Part shown: piece by piece, positions 60,934 to 64,000 of the stretch
How the letters are laid out: each line of letters starts with the position of its first letter
Numbering within the stretch: position 1 is the first letter of the stretch
DNA from: an uncultured virus (IMG/VR IMGVR_UViG_3300006358_000001)
Lineage: Duplodnaviria; Heunggongvirae; Uroviricota; Caudoviricetes
IMG/VR virus record: IMGVR_UViG_3300006358_000001
DNA: 64,000 nucleotides
Reading direction: 5' to 3' (one strand)
Made by a program: the position numbers and the translations under genes
Notes under the pieces: model-generated
Told to the model about the DNA's origin: nothing
Databases searched by the model: none
What the model saw: the letters and a program-made list of their open reading frames with translations, nothing else

Positions 60934-61836
60934 TCACCACTCCTCATCCTGTTCTTCGATTGGAGCGTATCGATTATCATCGAACGGCACGAACGCGCAT
61001 CTGCAATTCGGGTGACTCGGTATCAAGCCTTGCGCAGTGTCGATGTCGTATGGTCCCTCTTCAGCGATATCGTTGCAGTCGTCGCACACCTTGTCGTCGC
61101 CTGATGTGAGTACGTTGACCAGAAACGGTTCGCCCCAGATGCCCTTCTTCCGCTTCGCTGCCTTCTTCTTCTTCGCTGGCTTCTTCTTCGCGTCGTGCAT
61201 GTGAGGCACTGGCATCCATTCCGGATTGACGCCGACCTGCTTGACGCCCTGATCCTTGTAGGCAACGAGCTTGCCCGCGTTCACCGCGCGGACCACTGCG
61301 GTGTTCACCAGCATGTTGAGCCGCAGCTTCGTGACCTTCTCCAGCACGATGCGCAGATCGCGCATCAGGATATCCGGTGACGTCTTGCGCTCCACGGCAT
61401 CGCTCACGTGGCGCAACGTGCGTCGGATCGTTTCGTTCGCGATGCCCGTAACCTCGCTCATTACAGCGAATCCGTGCACGGCGTTGACGTCGTCGAGATC
61501 GAGGTGATCAAGCTCAGTGCGCAATTCCTGCGCCGCCTGTTCAACGCCCTTCTGCACAGCACGCTCGATCAGACTGCCGAGCCAGTCCGGCGGATTGAGC
61601 AACGCGCTATCGACCGTCGCCTGTATCACCGACTCCGTGCGCTGCAGCCGATGCGACGATGCCTCGCCCCAGTTGATCAGCGACATCATCGGTTCACGCT
61701 CTCGAAGCCCTGCGATGTCGCTGTCCACGATAGCCTGACGCATGCCGCGATGAAGCTCGAACACCTTGCGCGTGACCTTGCCTCGTCCTTCGCTGCGCAG
61801 GCTCAAGCTGCGTGTGGGATCGCGCGATCCTGTCAT
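60934..61836 (-). CDS. Phage head morphogenesis (MuF/SPP1 gp7-like) protein
   Basis: RDPTRS, LVNTAVVRAVN, GDDKVCDDC...IPSHPNCRC. Confidence 0.85.
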   Translation of the reverse strand: MTGSRDPTRSLSLRSEGRGKVTRKVFELHRGMRQAIVDSDIAGLREREPMMSLINWGEASSHRLQRTESVIQATVDSALLNPPDWLGSLIERAVQKGVEQAAQELRTELDHLDLDDVNAVHGFAVMSEVTGIANETIRRTLRHVSDAVERKTSPDILMRDLRIVLEKVTKLRLNMLVNTAVVRAVNAGKLVAYKDQGVKQVGVNPEWMPVPHMHDAKKKPAKKKKAAKRKKGIWGEPFLVNVLTSGDDKVCDDCNDIAEEGPYDIDTAQGLIPSHPNCRCAFVPFDDNRYAPIEEQDEEW

Positions 61837-62345
61837 TGCTCTGCCGCCACCCACTGCGACGAATTCCCGTCGAAGTATTTCACGTAGAGACGCTTCGCAG
61901 CACTGGGACCTTCGGCGGAATTCCACCAGATCGATCCATCGGCAACGCCCTCCGGTGCGGTCTCTCCCGTGTAGGCACCACCGCCAGAGAACACGACGCT
62001 GGTCGATGGCGTGATCGATATCATGACTGAGACGTCAGCCGCCTGATCGGTTGCGTTGGCCTTCGATCCCGCTCTCACCTTGAGCCAGCCCAGCGCCTGC
62101 GTCCACACCTGCGCTACGTGGATCGATGTGCCGCGCCTCGCCGTGATCGTGATCTGCTGACCTTCGTCATTGACCAGATCGAAGTAGTTCACACCATCGA
62201 CCGAAGTTTGAAACGTCATCACTGGCGTTGCGTGTTCGGTGTAGTCGTCGGGAATGGTGATGCGCACGACGCGACCGCCGGAGCAATCGACGCCTTCGGA
62301 CAAGCTCTCACCGGCTGCGATGTTGGCTGAAAGGTTGGCGAGCAT
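61833..62345 (-). CDS. Virion protein: beta-sandwich + C-terminal WW module
   Basis: IAAGESLS...TFQTSVDGVNY...LKVRAG; GSIWWNS...YFDGNSSQWV. Confidence 0.7.
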   Translation of the reverse strand: MLANLSANIAAGESLSEGVDCSGGRVVRITIPDDYTEHATPVMTFQTSVDGVNYFDLVNDEGQQITITARRGTSIHVAQVWTQALGWLKVRAGSKANATDQAADVSVMISITPSTSVVFSGGGAYTGETAPEGVADGSIWWNSAEGPSAAKRLYVKYFDGNSSQWVAAEQ

Positions 62346-62557
62346 CACTTGTTCTCCCACTTGCTTTCGACGGAGTCATAGACCCACTCACCCGTGCGAT
62401 AGATGCCGTCCTTCTCATCCTGATACTTCTGGATGCGAAGCTGCATGTCCTTGTAGTCCTCGAACTCCCAGTAGCCGGGACCGAACTGGCTGTAGTCCGG
62501 CGGATCAGGATCGTCGATCCACGGCGCGAAGTTCGGCTCGCTGCGAATGCGGCTCAT
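62345..62557 (-). CDS. Small hypothetical protein
   Basis: Coupled to both neighbours. Confidence 0.55.
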   Translation of the reverse strand: MSRIRSEPNFAPWIDDPDPPDYSQFGPGYWEFEDYKDMQLRIQKYQDEKDGIYRTGEWVYDSVESKWENK

Positions 62558-63999
62558 AGCTTGATGCCCTTCTTCTTCGCGAGATTGATCAGGCTCTTCT
62601 CGTAATCGGAGTCACGCTCCTTCGGCATCACGCCCATTTGCTCCCACAAATCTTTCTCAGGCCACCACCATGTCGCCTGCGCACCTGCGGGTGTGAGCCG
62701 ATAGCCGTCTTCCTTGTTCAGCTTGTCGATTGCGCCGTGCATGATCTCGGTGATCCACTTGCGCTGAGCACCCGATGCAGGTTGCTCGTTGAGCTTGCCC
62801 TTGTCGTACAGCACGAGCCGCTCAGCAGCGCCGACCAGTTCGCTCTTCTTGTACTTCTCGCCGGGCTTCTTCGTCTCCTGCCACTTCTTGTACGCCTTCT
62901 CGTGACGCGCCTCGACTTCGTATGCACGCGCGATCAATTCCTTCTTCGATAGTTCGCCATCACCACCGTGAGCGAGCACGCGCTGCATGCGCTCAAGCTG
63001 TCCGCTCATGTCATCGTTGACGCCTGTGCCAGTGAGACGTCCCCACGAGCGCATCAGCCACAAGTCCATCGTGATCGGATTAAAGTTGCCGTTGAGGTTC
63101 TGATAGAAGCCGTTGCCGATCTTCGGTCCGAGATACGCGGAGCCGAGCACCATGTCGTCCTTGTTGGTCGCGCCGGGCTCGACGCCCTTCTTCGTGCCAA
63201 GGATCACGCCAGTGCGCTTCTCCAGATCACGCGCCGTCATCTCCTCGTTGAAGAACTCGATGGTCTTATCGATCCCGATCTGATCGATCATCTTGTTGAC
63301 CTTGATCAGGTTGTTCGAGATGTTCGGATCAGCAGCGCTGATGTCGAGCGGGAAGCGACCGTTGCCCGGCGACTTCTCTTCCTGTTCGAGATAGCTGGTG
63401 TAAGCCTGATCGGCGAGATCGGCAGAACGGGAAACGATCTCACCCTGCGATGTGATCGCGAGCGCCACCGTGTACATGAACTTCTGACGCGGATCGTCGG
63501 CCATGCCGGGATATATCTTCTCGGCAACGCTCATCGCCCGCTTCATCGTGTCGTCGTACCAATACTCGCCACCCTTGCCGTTGATCAGCGCATCGCGCAT
63601 TTCAAGCGCAACGAGATCGGTCAGGAATTTGTCGCTCTCCGGCGTGCGGTTCTCGACGGTCAATTCCTTGACGCCGAACTTCTCTTCGATGATCCCCTGC
63701 GCACGCTTCATGATCATCTTCGCGGCGTCGCCGACGTTGACCTCGCCACGCTTGATGTTCGGATGCTCCGACGTCAGCGACATCGATGTCAGTCGGTATC
63801 CCGGCGTGTCGGTTCGCTGGCTCCAATGATCGCTGACACCCTTCCAGATGTCTTTTGCTCCCGGTACTTGGGATTCTGCAATGACGCTTTCGTATACTTC
63901 TCGGCTGCGGTCTCTTTGCTGTCGCTCCGTGCCGTCTTCTGGGAGTGTTTCTGGTGGGACGAATTCTCCGTGTCCCTTCTCGTAGTCGATGGGGTTGTC
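62554..63999 (-). CDS. C-terminal part of a large protein with an HhH-GPD glycosylase-like domain (5'-truncated by the window edge)
   Basis: The frame is open from 63999 to ATG 63783; YWY, LAITS, GPKIGNGFYQNL...TMDLWLMR, AQATWW. Confidence 0.65.
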   Translation of the reverse strand, partial: DNPIDYEKGHGEFVPPETLPEDGTERQQRDRSREVYESVIAESQVPGAKDIWKGVSDHWSQRTDTPGYRLTSMSLTSEHPNIKRGEVNVGDAAKMIMKRAQGIIEEKFGVKELTVENRTPESDKFLTDLVALEMRDALINGKGGEYWYDDTMKRAMSVAEKIYPGMADDPRQKFMYTVALAITSQGEIVSRSADLADQAYTSYLEQEEKSPGNGRFPLDISAADPNISNNLIKVNKMIDQIGIDKTIEFFNEEMTARDLEKRTGVILGTKKGVEPGATNKDDMVLGSAYLGPKIGNGFYQNLNGNFNPITMDLWLMRSWGRLTGTGVNDDMSGQLERMQRVLAHGGDGELSKKELIARAYEVEARHEKAYKKWQETKKPGEKYKKSELVGAAERLVLYDKGKLNEQPASGAQRKWITEIMHGAIDKLNKEDGYRLTPAGAQATWWWPEKDLWEQMGVMPKERDSDYEKSLINLAKKKGIKL

Positions 64000-64000
64000 A

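Overview
The whole window is part of a GC-rich tailed phage or prophage with a contractile, P2-like tail. The host is almost certainly alphaproteobacterial, because the window encodes GcrA, a GapR-like protein and a PEPxxWA-CTERM protein. Positions 1-11.1 kb are mostly minus-strand replication and regulatory genes: SF2 helicase, Zn-finger/TOPRIM primase, RuvC-like resolvase, PEP-CTERM protein, MT-A70 methyltransferase, GapR-like protein, GcrA and a Cro-like protein. Positions 11.2-17.5 kb are a divergent plus-strand arm with RecE/RecT, DUF968 and many small genes. Positions 17.4-64 kb are a minus-strand late operon covering lysis, the P2-like tail and baseplate, head-tail joining, a DUF2184 capsid, DUF2213, and a ~17 kb fibre cluster inserted among the head genes. 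No integrase, terminase, portal, tRNA, CRISPR array or reverse transcriptase is visible. The most striking feature is the fibre cluster. Seven proteins share a short N-terminal 'FPxxP...[WF]DGxxW' motif, and eight copies of a second 'WW/WF...YxxDGxSxQWV' module sit on collagen and repeat scaffold proteins. This suggests a hierarchical plug-and-socket branched fibre that displays several paralogous receptor-binding tips. All family assignments come from reading motifs by eye, not from database searches.
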